Of a DNA stretch of 64,000 nucleotides, positions 1 through 9,729 are shown in pieces. The translations under genes were made by a program, and so were the position numbers. Within the stretch, counting starts at the first letter, position 1, and each line of letters opens with the position of its first letter. This DNA comes from an uncultured Nitrososphaerota archaeon (GTDB lineage: Archaea; Korarchaeota; Korarchaeia; Korarchaeales; Korarchaeaceae): positions 192,010 to 256,009 of the forward strand of contig CAZUBM010000001.1 in assembly GCA_964618805.1 (NCBI GenBank), given 5' to 3'. Below the pieces are notes generated by a model. The model made no database searches. It had not been told where the DNA came from and saw only the letters and a program-made list of their open reading frames with translations.

Positions 1-2
1 AT

Positions 3-593
3 CAAGAGATGAAACGATATGTATCGGAGGTAGTTTCGCGTATTAGAGAGAAATACGCGCTGGAATCTTTGAAAGATAACCCAGTCATAAGGGCCTATAG
101 AGACTTCTTTTGGAGGATAGGGATAGACCCTACTAAAACTAGGCCAAGTTCAGAAGCATTAATAAGGCGCATTCTAAAAGGGAAACCGATTCCGCGGATA
201 AATAATGTGGTTGATAGCGGAAATCTAGCTAGCATAATTACTCTAGTTCCAATAGGCCTTTACGACGTCTCTAAAATAGAGGGAAGGCTTACCCTGAGAA
301 TGGCAAGAGCAGGTGAAAGGTTCGAGCCAATAGGTTCTAGAGAAGAGGAGTTGACTGGAAAGGAGCCAGTACTTGCAGATGAAAGGAAAGTTATCCACCT
401 TTACCCTCACAGAGATTCAGAAAGAACGAAAATAGATGAAAAGACAAAGAAAGTGCTTATCGTAGCATGTGGCGTACCTAAAGTGGACTCAGAACTTCTG
501 ATGAGAGCTGCAAATCTAACTATGGAGTTAATTGCTAGATTTGCAGGCGGAAAAACTGTTGGAGGACCAACATGGGTACCAGAATCTCCATAG
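3..593 (+). CDS. B3/4 domain protein (PheRS-beta editing-domain-like), probably 5'-truncated by the window edge
   Basis: Motifs YRDFFWRIGIDPTKTRPSSEAL, INNVVDSGN, PIGLYD and RDSERT. The frame is open upstream of ATG 9. Confidence 0.85.
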   Translation, partial: QEMKRYVSEVVSRIREKYALESLKDNPVIRAYRDFFWRIGIDPTKTRPSSEALIRRILKGKPIPRINNVVDSGNLASIITLVPIGLYDVSKIEGRLTLRMARAGERFEPIGSREEELTGKEPVLADERKVIHLYPHRDSERTKIDEKTKKVLIVACGVPKVDSELLMRAANLTMELIARFAGGKTVGGPTWVPESP

Positions 594-693
594 TTACATA
601 TAAAAATCCCATTTCTCTAAAACAGGGCCCCTATATCTTTTTCATTTTAAATTTGGACAAATTTTTTACTCCACTCTATTCATTAGAAGGTGG

Positions 694-1773
694 ATGAAAT
701 CCAGAAAATTAGTAGAAATGGTCTACAGCGGACTTGAACCTAAGAGAGTGCCGGTACATTTTGAGACCGTTGAAAAGCGTCAAGAGGCAGCCCTAGGTGA
801 TGTGCTCCTTGGTCATGCTTGGGTTCCCAGATGGGGGGAATTCTTTGATGAAGGAGGTCCATTTAGAAGGGGAGACAAAGAGCTGACAAAATGGGTTAAA
901 GAGCTAGATATAGAAGGAAGCTATAATTGGCCTTCTGTTGAGGAAATAGTTCAGGAAACTCTCTATAAATTTAGGGAAGCAATTGAGAACTTCAAAGACT
1001 TAGATAAATTCATCGTATTTGAGGTTATAGGACCTACTGAGCAGAGTGAGTACTTTCTCTGCCCACCAAAACCTCCAAGCGGCTTTGATCTAGATCTTTC
1101 ATATCATATGTTTGATTTTGGGGTCCTAACCATTATGGATAAGGAAAAGGCTAAGGAACTCTATGATAAATTGGCAATCTACGTTCTTGAATTAATTAGA
1201 GCTGGCGCTGAACTTGAGTGGGTTGATGCTGTTAGAGTAGCTGATGATGCTTTCACTTACGAGGGCCCTATATACCCCGAGTGGTTCATGGAAAGCCTAT
1301 ATATACCCTGGCACAGAAAGTTTACGAACGAAATACACCGAAAAGGCAAGTATGCAATACTACACACCGATGGCAATGTTCTTACACGTGATTACATCAA
1401 AATTCTCTCAGAGATGTACGATGGCCTTCATCCACTTGACCTAGCTAAGAAAAGTACTGTTATGGATGCCATGCAATGGATAGACAGTGTAGTAAAGGCT
1501 AGGAAATCTCTTGAAAGGGCAACAGTCTTTCATACCGGTATACCCATAGACCTAATGATGCTAGGTGATATCTCTGTATCAGATGTCCTGCAAGTAGTTT
1601 CTACCTTTCTGGAGAAACATGGAAGGAGGAATCTAGTCCTTAGCGTAACTCATAGACCTTATCCTAAGAGAGATTTCCTAGAAAGCCTAGTGTTTGAAAA
1701 AGTGAAAGCTGTTAGAAGACTTGTTGGATTGCCTGAGGTAGATGCAACAGAATTAACGTTTCTCAACAAATAA
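694..1773 (+). CDS. Uroporphyrinogen decarboxylase/MtaA-CmuA superfamily TIM-barrel protein
   Basis: VRVADD..GP.YPEWF..LYIPWHRKF..EIHRKGKYAILHTDGN matches the C-terminal half pattern of the URO-D family. Confidence 0.6.
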   Translation: MKSRKLVEMVYSGLEPKRVPVHFETVEKRQEAALGDVLLGHAWVPRWGEFFDEGGPFRRGDKELTKWVKELDIEGSYNWPSVEEIVQETLYKFREAIENFKDLDKFIVFEVIGPTEQSEYFLCPPKPPSGFDLDLSYHMFDFGVLTIMDKEKAKELYDKLAIYVLELIRAGAELEWVDAVRVADDAFTYEGPIYPEWFMESLYIPWHRKFTNEIHRKGKYAILHTDGNVLTRDYIKILSEMYDGLHPLDLAKKSTVMDAMQWIDSVVKARKSLERATVFHTGIPIDLMMLGDISVSDVLQVVSTFLEKHGRRNLVLSVTHRPYPKRDFLESLVFEKVKAVRRLVGLPEVDATELTFLNK

Positions 1774-1886
1774 ATAATGCAATAACAATCCAAATTTACT
1801 CTCAAAACCTAGAGAGATAAGCTTAGTTTAAGTTTTCTATTGAGGAAACTCTTAAGACATATCAAGTAGGTTTAGAGATCTATATA

Positions 1887-1902
1887 ACAAAAGGCTTATA
1901 AT
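1887..1902 (+). promoter_or_regulatory. BRE/TATA-like promoter of tRNA-Thr
   Basis: ACAAAAGG-CTTATAAT lies about 25-30 nt upstream of the tRNA 5' end. Confidence 0.55.
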
Positions 1903-1926
1903 GAGGGAAGTATAAGAAGTGATCGT

Positions 1927-1999
1927 GCCCCGGTAGCTCAGTTGGCAGAGCAGCGGTCTTGTAAACCGCAGGTCGCGGGTTCGAGTCCCGCCCGGGGCT
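1927..1999 (+). tRNA. tRNA-Thr(UGU), intronless, CCA not encoded
   Basis: Acceptor GCCCCGG/CCGGGGC, D arm GCTC..GAGC, anticodon arm GCGGT-CTTGTAA-ACCGC, T arm GCGGG-TTCGAGT-CCCGC. Confidence 0.97.
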
Positions 2000-2182
2000 T
2001 ATAATTTGTTTAAAATTCGTTGTCAGATTTTATTTCTCAATCAAGACGGCCTGTCTCCACATCTTGAATTCGGCTATATTTGTCGAATAAATCCTCATGA
2101 GGAATTTATTAAAATATGATGTGAAACGATGCCTAACAGGAATCCAACAATAATCACTGCTAAGGATTAAGGCATTAGACCA

Positions 2183-4351
2183 TTACGATCTTTTTATCAC
2201 AAAGTAATTTGTCTTAAAGCACTTAGAACACTGAATGTAGACGCCGAAACGCCCCCTCTTCACTAAAGCAACACTACCACATTCTCTGCACCTCAATGGA
2301 GATTCTTGACAGTTGCCTAGACAACGCGTATACCTCAAATCTTTCCCCGATTTCGTCTTAACACTTCCTGAAACCAACGGAAGTCCGCAAGAACAAGATT
2401 CATCAAGCACCTCTTCTCCAGGAAAAAGATTGAAAGTAACGGAGCAGTTTGGATATGATGTACAGGCAACAAACCTACCGTAACGTCCCCTCTTTATTAC
2501 TAAGTTTCCTTCGCAGTTAGGACATTTACCAACCAATTTGGCTCTCATCCTATGTTTCTTAAGTCCTTCTGCTATCTCCTTACCTATCTCCTCCTCGTTC
2601 TTCTTAAATTCCCACATTATCTTCTTTAACGTGCCTAATGATGAGTTTATGAACTTGGAGTGGTCCAACTCCCCTAGCTCTATAGACCTCATTGCTTTAT
2701 CGAGCTGTGAAGTAAATTCAGGATCAACGATTTCTGGAACATGCTTTCTCAGCACATCGACAACAACTTCACCCAAAGGTGTGACCACGAAGCTCTTCCC
2801 CTCCACATACCCTCTCTCCCTCAATATGTCCAGTATCTGAGCTCTTGTGTTCTTAGTACCCAAACCAAGCTTCTCCATCTTCTTAATTAGGGAACGGGGG
2901 GTGTATCGTTTTGGAGGCTTTGTTTGCTTTTCCTCAACTTTAACCTCTACGCATCTCAGGAGATCCCCATTCTGAACCGAAGGGAGCAACGCCTCCTTCT
3001 CAGCCAAATAAGGGTAGATCCTCCTCCAACCTTTCTTCAAAATAGCCTTTCCTGTAGCCCTAAAGGGATGATTCTTTACATTGATATCTATCCTCGTCCT
3101 CAAATCCTTACCATCCGGAGAAAGTGTAGCTAGAACCCTCCTAGCGATGACTTCATAAACCTGCCTATGCTTCTTTGTTGGAAACTCTTCGGGAGATTTA
3201 GGGGCTCCAGTTATGTGAATGCAAGGATGTGCTGGATCCTCCTTTTTCCCTTCAACAGGCTTGTCCCTCATGTTAGCCAGTACCCAATCTGCTTCTTCTC
3301 TAAGGGGAGGATAGGATCGAATTATCTTAACCATCTGAATGAAGTCTTTCTTGCTCCACCCCTTGGGGTACTTTTCGCTCTCAGTTCCAATGTACGATAT
3401 ATACCCAGCTTCATAAAGCTGCTGAGCTATGCCTCTCCTCCTATCCGCAAGTGCTCTTGGAGAAAGACCTGTTATTGAACTCACTTCAACCTGCATGGAG
3501 GTTCCGTTAAATGGAGCTGGAGGCCTTACAACAACTTCTTTTGACATTACTGAGGCAACGCCTTTCTTCCCCTCACAATCCTCCTTTATTTTCAGGGCAT
3601 ACTCCTGGCTGTCAATTCGGTCCTTTCCTGGAGGAGGAAGCGCTTTTGCTTCAAAATTCCCTGCCACATGCTCAAAAAGTCCTATGACACTATAATAAGT
3701 CTTAGGGACGAAATTCCTAATTTCCCTCTCTCTATCTACCAAAATGGATAACGTTGGGCTTTGAACCCTTCCTCCACTCAATACTTTCACTCCTGTGTGC
3801 TTCCTGGTTGAAATGGTTAAGGCTCTCGTCACATTCGCTCCCCATTCAAGGTCCACTACCTGCCTGGAAAACCCAGCAAGTGCTCTTGGCCTGTCAAAAG
3901 GCTTTAGTTCTTGAAATGCTTCCCTTATTTCCTTAGGAGTTAGTGCTGAGAACTCCATCCTTCTAACGTCCTTTTTTCCTTCCCAACTCAACACCCTAAG
4001 TATCTCAAGGGCGATTGCAGAACCCTCTGTATCAAGATCTGTTGCTATAACCACCAAATCGGCATCTTGCCCTATCTCCCTTATAGCACGAAGGTACTTC
4101 CCCTTTCCCCTTATTTTTCTATAAATAAGCTCACTAGGTTCCATGATTATGGGATAAAACCACTCCTTTCCAGGGAAATCGAGCTCAACGACGTGGCCCG
4201 AAGCAGGAACGACGAAGCATTCATCGTTATTTGAGATAAAACTGAAGGTTTCTACCCTTTCAACCCTAGTTTTCTTGAATTTTCCATTAGAGAGGATTTT
4301 AGCTATTCTTTCAGCAACTCTCGGTTTCTCGGTGATGATGAGTATCTTCAA
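2183..4351 (-). CDS. topA: Type IA DNA topoisomerase with C-terminal C4 zinc fingers
   Basis: TOPRIM IITEKP and ATDLDTEG, SGGRVQSPTL, catalytic-Tyr region GYISYIGTES, GLGTKNTR and several CxxC. The likely start is TTG 4351, 6 nt after GGTG. Confidence 0.92.
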   Translation of the reverse strand: MKILIITEKPRVAERIAKILSNGKFKKTRVERVETFSFISNNDECFVVPASGHVVELDFPGKEWFYPIIMEPSELIYRKIRGKGKYLRAIREIGQDADLVVIATDLDTEGSAIALEILRVLSWEGKKDVRRMEFSALTPKEIREAFQELKPFDRPRALAGFSRQVVDLEWGANVTRALTISTRKHTGVKVLSGGRVQSPTLSILVDREREIRNFVPKTYYSVIGLFEHVAGNFEAKALPPPGKDRIDSQEYALKIKEDCEGKKGVASVMSKEVVVRPPAPFNGTSMQVEVSSITGLSPRALADRRRGIAQQLYEAGYISYIGTESEKYPKGWSKKDFIQMVKIIRSYPPLREEADWVLANMRDKPVEGKKEDPAHPCIHITGAPKSPEEFPTKKHRQVYEVIARRVLATLSPDGKDLRTRIDINVKNHPFRATGKAILKKGWRRIYPYLAEKEALLPSVQNGDLLRCVEVKVEEKQTKPPKRYTPRSLIKKMEKLGLGTKNTRAQILDILRERGYVEGKSFVVTPLGEVVVDVLRKHVPEIVDPEFTSQLDKAMRSIELGELDHSKFINSSLGTLKKIMWEFKKNEEEIGKEIAEGLKKHRMRAKLVGKCPNCEGNLVIKRGRYGRFVACTSYPNCSVTFNLFPGEEVLDESCSCGLPLVSGSVKTKSGKDLRYTRCLGNCQESPLRCRECGSVALVKRGRFGVYIQCSKCFKTNYFVIKRS

Positions 4352-4479
4352 AAGGAACACCTTATTTGGGATTGTTGGGAGATGGCCGATCATTTAAGGA
4401 TATTACTGATAGATTAAGAAATCCTTCATCGCTGTACATCTTTTCAAATACCCATATGGAACCCTTTTCATCCAATTGC

Positions 4480-5697
4480 TCAGGTTTCCACCCTAATCCC
4501 TTGTTCTTCTTCAACATTTCTGAATAATATGTAAAAGGCAGCTATGTAGATGAGATAAACTCCTGAAGTAAGATAGAGGGGAACATCAAGGTTGATGTTC
4601 TCCATAACATAACCTCCGATTTGTTGAGAAAAGGAATTAGGCAAGCTCCAAGCCAAATGAATTAACGAGGTTATGGAAGCCCTTTCATCCTCTGGAGTAA
4701 GCCTCATTAGGAGAGCAGAAAGTAAGGGACGAGACATGTTCATCAAAATAGTTCTCGGTATATATAGACCTGCAGCCACGTAAAAGCTCGGTGAAAATGG
4801 TATTAAAAGCAGCAGCGGTATGGAGACCCCTGAAGGTATTAATATACCCTTTATGATGCCCATTTTCTGGGCCAGAGGAGCACTTGCTAAGAAGGCAGGG
4901 GCACCAATCACGTTAGAAATGGCATAAAGAGTGCCTATAGGACCAGACTCCACTCCAAACTTAACGCTAAAGAAATAAGGGAGCAGTGGAATTGAAAGGC
5001 CTGCGCCAAAGCCAACAATTGCCCTCACAAAAGAGAACTTCGCAGCCAATGCCTTGGCTTTAAACCTAAAAATTGGCCTAGAAACAGGCCTAAACCTTTC
5101 TTTTACCAGAATTATTGGGATAAGAGAGATAAAACCCACAGATAAAGGGAAAAGCAAGGAGCACCTATAAGCTCCAAAATATCCTAAAGAGCTGTATCTA
5201 ACTATGAGTTCAGGAACCCAGCCCAATAACCCCCCGAAAGCCATTGCAATATTTCCGAGAAATGCGCTCAAACCATATCCAGCCTCCATTCCAGATTCTT
5301 CGACGGTCTCGGCAAATAGGGCATTCCAAGCTGGAGTAACTATAGCCCCAGAAATCCCGCCCAATAAGGCAGATAGCGTTATCATGTACAGAGAGGTTGA
5401 CACTAGAATGATTAGGGTCGATAGAGATCCGATTATAGAACCAATCACTGTCTGTTTCTTCCTACTTATCCTGTCAGCTAGCATTCCAGAAGGAAAGAGG
5501 AGAACAGTTGTTGTGATGCCCTGCAGGAATGAGTAATATCCGATAACAGTTCCACCATATCCAGCATGCTTTAAGAAAAGCTGCCATATGGATGCATACA
5601 AACCCCAAGACACACCTGACATTGTGGAAGAGATCAATAGAAGTTTTGCATCCATCCCCAATTGTGTATAGGCTGAAAGGTACTTCATTAGTTGCAT
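4480..5697 (-). CDS. MFS transporter
   Basis: About 12 hydrophobic segments and motif A (GMLADRISRK). Confidence 0.88.
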   Translation of the reverse strand: MQLMKYLSAYTQLGMDAKLLLISSTMSGVSWGLYASIWQLFLKHAGYGGTVIGYYSFLQGITTTVLLFPSGMLADRISRKKQTVIGSIIGSLSTLIILVSTSLYMITLSALLGGISGAIVTPAWNALFAETVEESGMEAGYGLSAFLGNIAMAFGGLLGWVPELIVRYSSLGYFGAYRCSLLFPLSVGFISLIPIILVKERFRPVSRPIFRFKAKALAAKFSFVRAIVGFGAGLSIPLLPYFFSVKFGVESGPIGTLYAISNVIGAPAFLASAPLAQKMGIIKGILIPSGVSIPLLLLIPFSPSFYVAAGLYIPRTILMNMSRPLLSALLMRLTPEDERASITSLIHLAWSLPNSFSQQIGGYVMENINLDVPLYLTSGVYLIYIAAFYILFRNVEEEQGIRVET

Positions 5698-5944
5698 CCT
5701 AATGACTCCTCCTGATTTGGCAATTTGATGTTTTCATCCGATCCAAAGATCCTATTGTATATAAACAAAACTCCCTAATTCTTAAATTAATGGATAACTT
5801 CATCATTCAAGCAGCCGATTGGAAGAACATACACGACAAGAAAATGCAAATCCTAGGGATAAAAGAGAAGAGCAGCTACCTTATGGCCTAAGACGAAGGA
5901 AATGGAACATATTTTAGATAGAACATTTGAAACCCTTGTTTTCT

Positions 5945-6295
5945 TCAGATTCTAGTTAATATGATCCCTAGCCCAAGTAGCATGGCTATTACAATTTCAA
6001 TTATGAAAGCTAATATGGCTATTGAAATCGCTTGAAACCATCCAATATCGAACCAAGATCTGATCAACCAGATCCAGACAATGAGGCCTATTAGCCATCC
6101 GATTATGGGAATTAATGAGAGTAAGGACGTAAGTATGGCTCCAATCAAGGCAAGCATAAGGACGGAAAGAAATCTTCTTTCTTTTTCCTTTGGAAGCACC
6201 ACAATTTGAGATGCCCAAAGTACTACTGCATTTATGATTAGACCTATAATGAACCTTAATAAGAGCCTTCCTGAACGAAATAACAGCATCTGCAT
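5945..6295 (-). CDS. Small 4-TM membrane protein
   Basis: Four hydrophobic helices (LIPIIGWLIGLIVWIWLIRSWFDIGW). Confidence 0.7.
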   Translation of the reverse strand: MQMLLFRSGRLLLRFIIGLIINAVVLWASQIVVLPKEKERRFLSVLMLALIGAILTSLLSLIPIIGWLIGLIVWIWLIRSWFDIGWFQAISIAILAFIIEIVIAMLLGLGIILTRI

Positions 6296-6360
6296 AACAA
6301 ATGCTCTTGAGTACTACTTATAAACGGTTCGAGATTTTCCAAAAAAATCTTATGAAGAGA

Positions 6361-7116
6361 TTATTTTTCTTCCTCTAAGATCCGTACAGTTTCTAGAGCT
6401 GCTTTTATTGCTCTTTCGATAGCTAAACTTCTTCTAGGATCATCCTCTTTAAAGACACCTTCTCGAGTGCTAAGATTCGCTACAACTCCAAGCACAGTGC
6501 CAGCCTCTAAACCTCTTATATGGGAGACTATGAATATCGCGGAGCTCTCCATGTCCAAGCTTGTTATTCCAAAATCCCTAAGTTCTGAAAGGAACTCTGG
6601 ACTTTCTGCATAAAATGAGTCATCAGTACTGATTATCCCGACATGATGCTTGTAGCCTAGCTTTTCTGAGGCAAGAATAAGAGCCCTAAGAACCTTGTAG
6701 CTAGGAACTGCTGGGAATCCATCAGGAACATAATAGTAAGATGTACCCTCATTTCTCATAGCTCCATTAGGTATAACCAGGTCTCCTGGCTTGACTTCTG
6801 GCTGAATTCCAGCAGATGTACCCACCCTTATGAAAACCTTAGCTCCGACATTTGCCAGTTCTTCCACAGCTATGGCCGCTGAAGGGCATCCTATCCCTGT
6901 GGAAGTGACAGAGACGGGAATTCCCTTATACTCCCCTGTATAAGTTAGGAATTCCCTATTTTTCGCGATTTCCTTTGCAGAATCCATGAACTCAACTATC
7001 TTGAGCACTCTCCCCGGATCTCCAGGGAGGAGGACGTACTTAGCTACATCTCCTGGTTTTACTTTGAGATGATATTGTAATTTCCCCCTAGAAATTTCTC
7101 TCTTGTCGACAGACAC
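6361..7116 (-). CDS. udp: Uridine phosphorylase / PNP-UDP family nucleoside phosphorylase
   Basis: Motifs QYHL, LPGDPGRV, STGIGCPSAAIAVEEL, IRVGT and DMESSA. Confidence 0.88.
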   Translation of the reverse strand: MSVDKREISRGKLQYHLKVKPGDVAKYVLLPGDPGRVLKIVEFMDSAKEIAKNREFLTYTGEYKGIPVSVTSTGIGCPSAAIAVEELANVGAKVFIRVGTSAGIQPEVKPGDLVIPNGAMRNEGTSYYYVPDGFPAVPSYKVLRALILASEKLGYKHHVGIISTDDSFYAESPEFLSELRDFGITSLDMESSAIFIVSHIRGLEAGTVLGVVANLSTREGVFKEDDPRRSLAIERAIKAALETVRILEEEK

Positions 7117-7476
7117 TATATCACCGACAAAGTTCGAAAGTGGTTACCCTTAAAATTAACAACTATAGTCTTTTGATAATGCATTTTAAAAGGAGCATGG
7201 TCTAAAGACTCAGTAAGAGCAGGAAACAAGTTAATCTAACTAGAAAGAGCCATTTATCCAACTATCAACTTATCATTCATTGAGACAAACGGGCATGAAT
7301 TCAGGTTTCATAAATGTTTAGTGTTCACGGAAGATTCCTTCTCAGGGGAAGAGGCACTTTCTTATATGTATGGACTGAATATTTTGCTTACCTCTTTTGC
7401 TTAAAGAGGAAAGTTATAAACAAATTCAATTAACTTAAATCAAAAGGAGTAAAAGTGGTTATTATCATTCGTTCTG

Positions 7477-8709
7477 ATGGCCAACATGTCCCGTATGTTG
7501 ACCACTAAGGTATGTGCTTTGTTCTTCCTAGCAGTGTTGTTAGCCGTCATTCTAACATTGTACCATGAGAAAAAAGAATATAGCCTTGTTAAATTGCTTA
7601 GAGAATCAGAAAACGATCCAAGAGCATTAACAGAAGCGTTAATGGTCTTGAAAGAAAGATTAGACTTAGAGGGCACGCCGTTAGTAGAGGGGAATAAGGT
7701 GATCTTCATTTACGTTAGCGATCAGCCTCTTGATGTATGGGTAGCTGGAGATTGGAACGGATGGAGCCCGTCGGTAGATCAGCTCAAAAGGTTAGGTCAA
7801 ACTGAGTTTTATTACCTTATAAAAGAGTTTCCTGAGGATGCAAGGTTAGAATATAAGTTTGTTATTGGAGAAAGGTGGATTTCGGATCCCTTAAACGAAA
7901 GAAGAGCAGTTGACAGGCCAGATTATTCTGTACTTACAATGCCAGGTTACACGCCCTGTCCATTCCTCTCTCAGCCATGGAACTATCTCATGGGAAATTT
8001 TACCACCCTAAATATTGAAAGCAAATATCTAGGGAGAAACGTCTCTTTTCACGTTTACACGCCGCCAAACTATCATAAATCAGGGAGATTTCCTACTATT
8101 TATTTCCAAGACGGGTCTGAATACATCAAATTCGGAGCTCTTAGAATTCTCGACATTATGATCTCTAAGGGAGAAATAAGGCCCATTATAGCTGTTTTCA
8201 TAGATCCAACATACAGAAACTGCGAATATGCTATGGAAGATGATTATGTTAACTTCCTTTCAGAAGAATTGGTTCCATTCATAGATAAAACATACGACAC
8301 GTCAAGGAAAAGGGAAGAAAGATGCCTAATAGGGGATTCTCTGGGCGGATTAATAGCTCTCTACACAGCATTAATGAAGTCAGAGATCTTTGGTATGGTG
8401 ATTACGCAATCTGGAGCCTTTGTTCCTCCTAGAGTCCTAACAGCCGTTTGCCCAAAGGCAGCTGGCAGAGATATATTTGAAATTGCAGAAAAACCTACTG
8501 TTATGAAACTTAGAATTAACATGCAATGGGGAAAATACGATCAGATCCACTGGATAAACCTATGTGAAGAGAATCAAAGAATGGCTGAGATTCTAAGGAA
8601 GATGGGACATGAAGTTAATACTGAGATTGTAGCAGAGGGTCATAATTGGGGTAATTGGATAAATCACCTACCTGAGGCGTTGAAAGAATTTTTCGGACGA
8701 AACTCATGA
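7477..8709 (+). CDS. Membrane-anchored esterase (CBM48/AMPK-like Ig domain plus Fes-like alpha/beta hydrolase)
   Basis: N-terminal TM helix, VAGDWNGW...EYKFVIGERWISDPLN, nucleophile GDSLGG and catalytic His in EGHNW. Confidence 0.8.
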   Translation: MANMSRMLTTKVCALFFLAVLLAVILTLYHEKKEYSLVKLLRESENDPRALTEALMVLKERLDLEGTPLVEGNKVIFIYVSDQPLDVWVAGDWNGWSPSVDQLKRLGQTEFYYLIKEFPEDARLEYKFVIGERWISDPLNERRAVDRPDYSVLTMPGYTPCPFLSQPWNYLMGNFTTLNIESKYLGRNVSFHVYTPPNYHKSGRFPTIYFQDGSEYIKFGALRILDIMISKGEIRPIIAVFIDPTYRNCEYAMEDDYVNFLSEELVPFIDKTYDTSRKREERCLIGDSLGGLIALYTALMKSEIFGMVITQSGAFVPPRVLTAVCPKAAGRDIFEIAEKPTVMKLRINMQWGKYDQIHWINLCEENQRMAEILRKMGHEVNTEIVAEGHNWGNWINHLPEALKEFFGRNS

Positions 8710-9581
8710 GATCTGGAGGCATATGGAGTGTACTCTTTTAGTACATACCTTAACACGGATCTAACTAAAAGATCTAATATGAAATTGATGTTTGAGAAAG
8801 TATCTTCTCCCAAAAGAAACATACCTCCAAGTCCAACCTCAAATAACCTTTCTCTGAGGTCGTTAGAGATGTGAGCCGTCCCAAGCTCAAGTCTGGCCTG
8901 GATCTCTTTTCTGTATCTGCTTTCTCTCAACAGAGGGGCAGCGCATCCAATGAGCCGGAGGTAGGAAAGCAAATACAGGATCATTCCCTCCCTAGAGTTC
9001 CTTGCCAATTCATAAGCCTCTAATTCCTCCCTCTCTGGCTTCAAAAGGTAAGATACGTAAGCTATTTGATCCTCCAAGAACCCTTTGTTAACGAGCAGTC
9101 TCGTAACCTCATAGTCTTTGACCGCGATAGATGATAAGTACACGATGTTGAACAAGTATTCGTTGCTTAGATCAAACTCAATCCCTAGAGATAGAAGGGA
9201 TGAAGGTATGCGGAATCTGTAGTACTCAGGCGATCCATGTAATACGGAATGGCCGACTTCATGTCTTATGCAACCATCCCTAACCAACGGTTGGACGCTT
9301 CTCAAAGAGTCCATCCTTAGTATTATCCTTGGTCTTCCCCTCCATGCATCATGAGTAGCGATAAAACGATGACCGAACTCCGCTGAAGCAATTCCTAAAA
9401 CAGCTCGCTCCTGTTTCATGAAATTTGATGCCGAATCTGAATCAGGGAATAGGTAGAGGTCAAGCTCAAATTTCTCCCTCTTTCCTATCCTTCCATAACA
9501 ATGTTGAATCAATTTGATGATATAGTCGAGTTCCTTATCATCTATTTGGCCGAACTTTCTCACTCTTATGATTACCTTCAC
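8664..9581 (-). CDS. Hypothetical protein with HExxH (putative zincin-like metallopeptidase)
   Basis: RHEVGHSVLH followed by KDYEV. Overlaps the convergent esterase gene by 46 nt. Confidence 0.6.
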   Translation of the reverse strand: MKVIIRVRKFGQIDDKELDYIIKLIQHCYGRIGKREKFELDLYLFPDSDSASNFMKQERAVLGIASAEFGHRFIATHDAWRGRPRIILRMDSLRSVQPLVRDGCIRHEVGHSVLHGSPEYYRFRIPSSLLSLGIEFDLSNEYLFNIVYLSSIAVKDYEVTRLLVNKGFLEDQIAYVSYLLKPEREELEAYELARNSREGMILYLLSYLRLIGCAAPLLRESRYRKEIQARLELGTAHISNDLRERLFEVGLGGMFLLGEDTFSNINFILDLLVRSVLRYVLKEYTPYASRSHEFRPKNSFNASGR

Positions 9582-9729
9582 ATTTCATCCCTTAAGGGAA
9601 AGAATATATGAGATAACACATCAGTCTAGATGACCTTACTAAGTAAGTCTTGCTAAACGAAGAATTTTAAGTCTAACATTTCTATGCAAACTGCCTGGAG
9701 TTAGATTACAGAAGAAGAGAGGTATAAGG

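Noticed and set aside
1927-2182. tRNA-Thr as an integration site for a mobile element
   Set aside because: I found no integrase and no repeat of the tRNA 3' end elsewhere in the window, and the flanking genes look like host genes.
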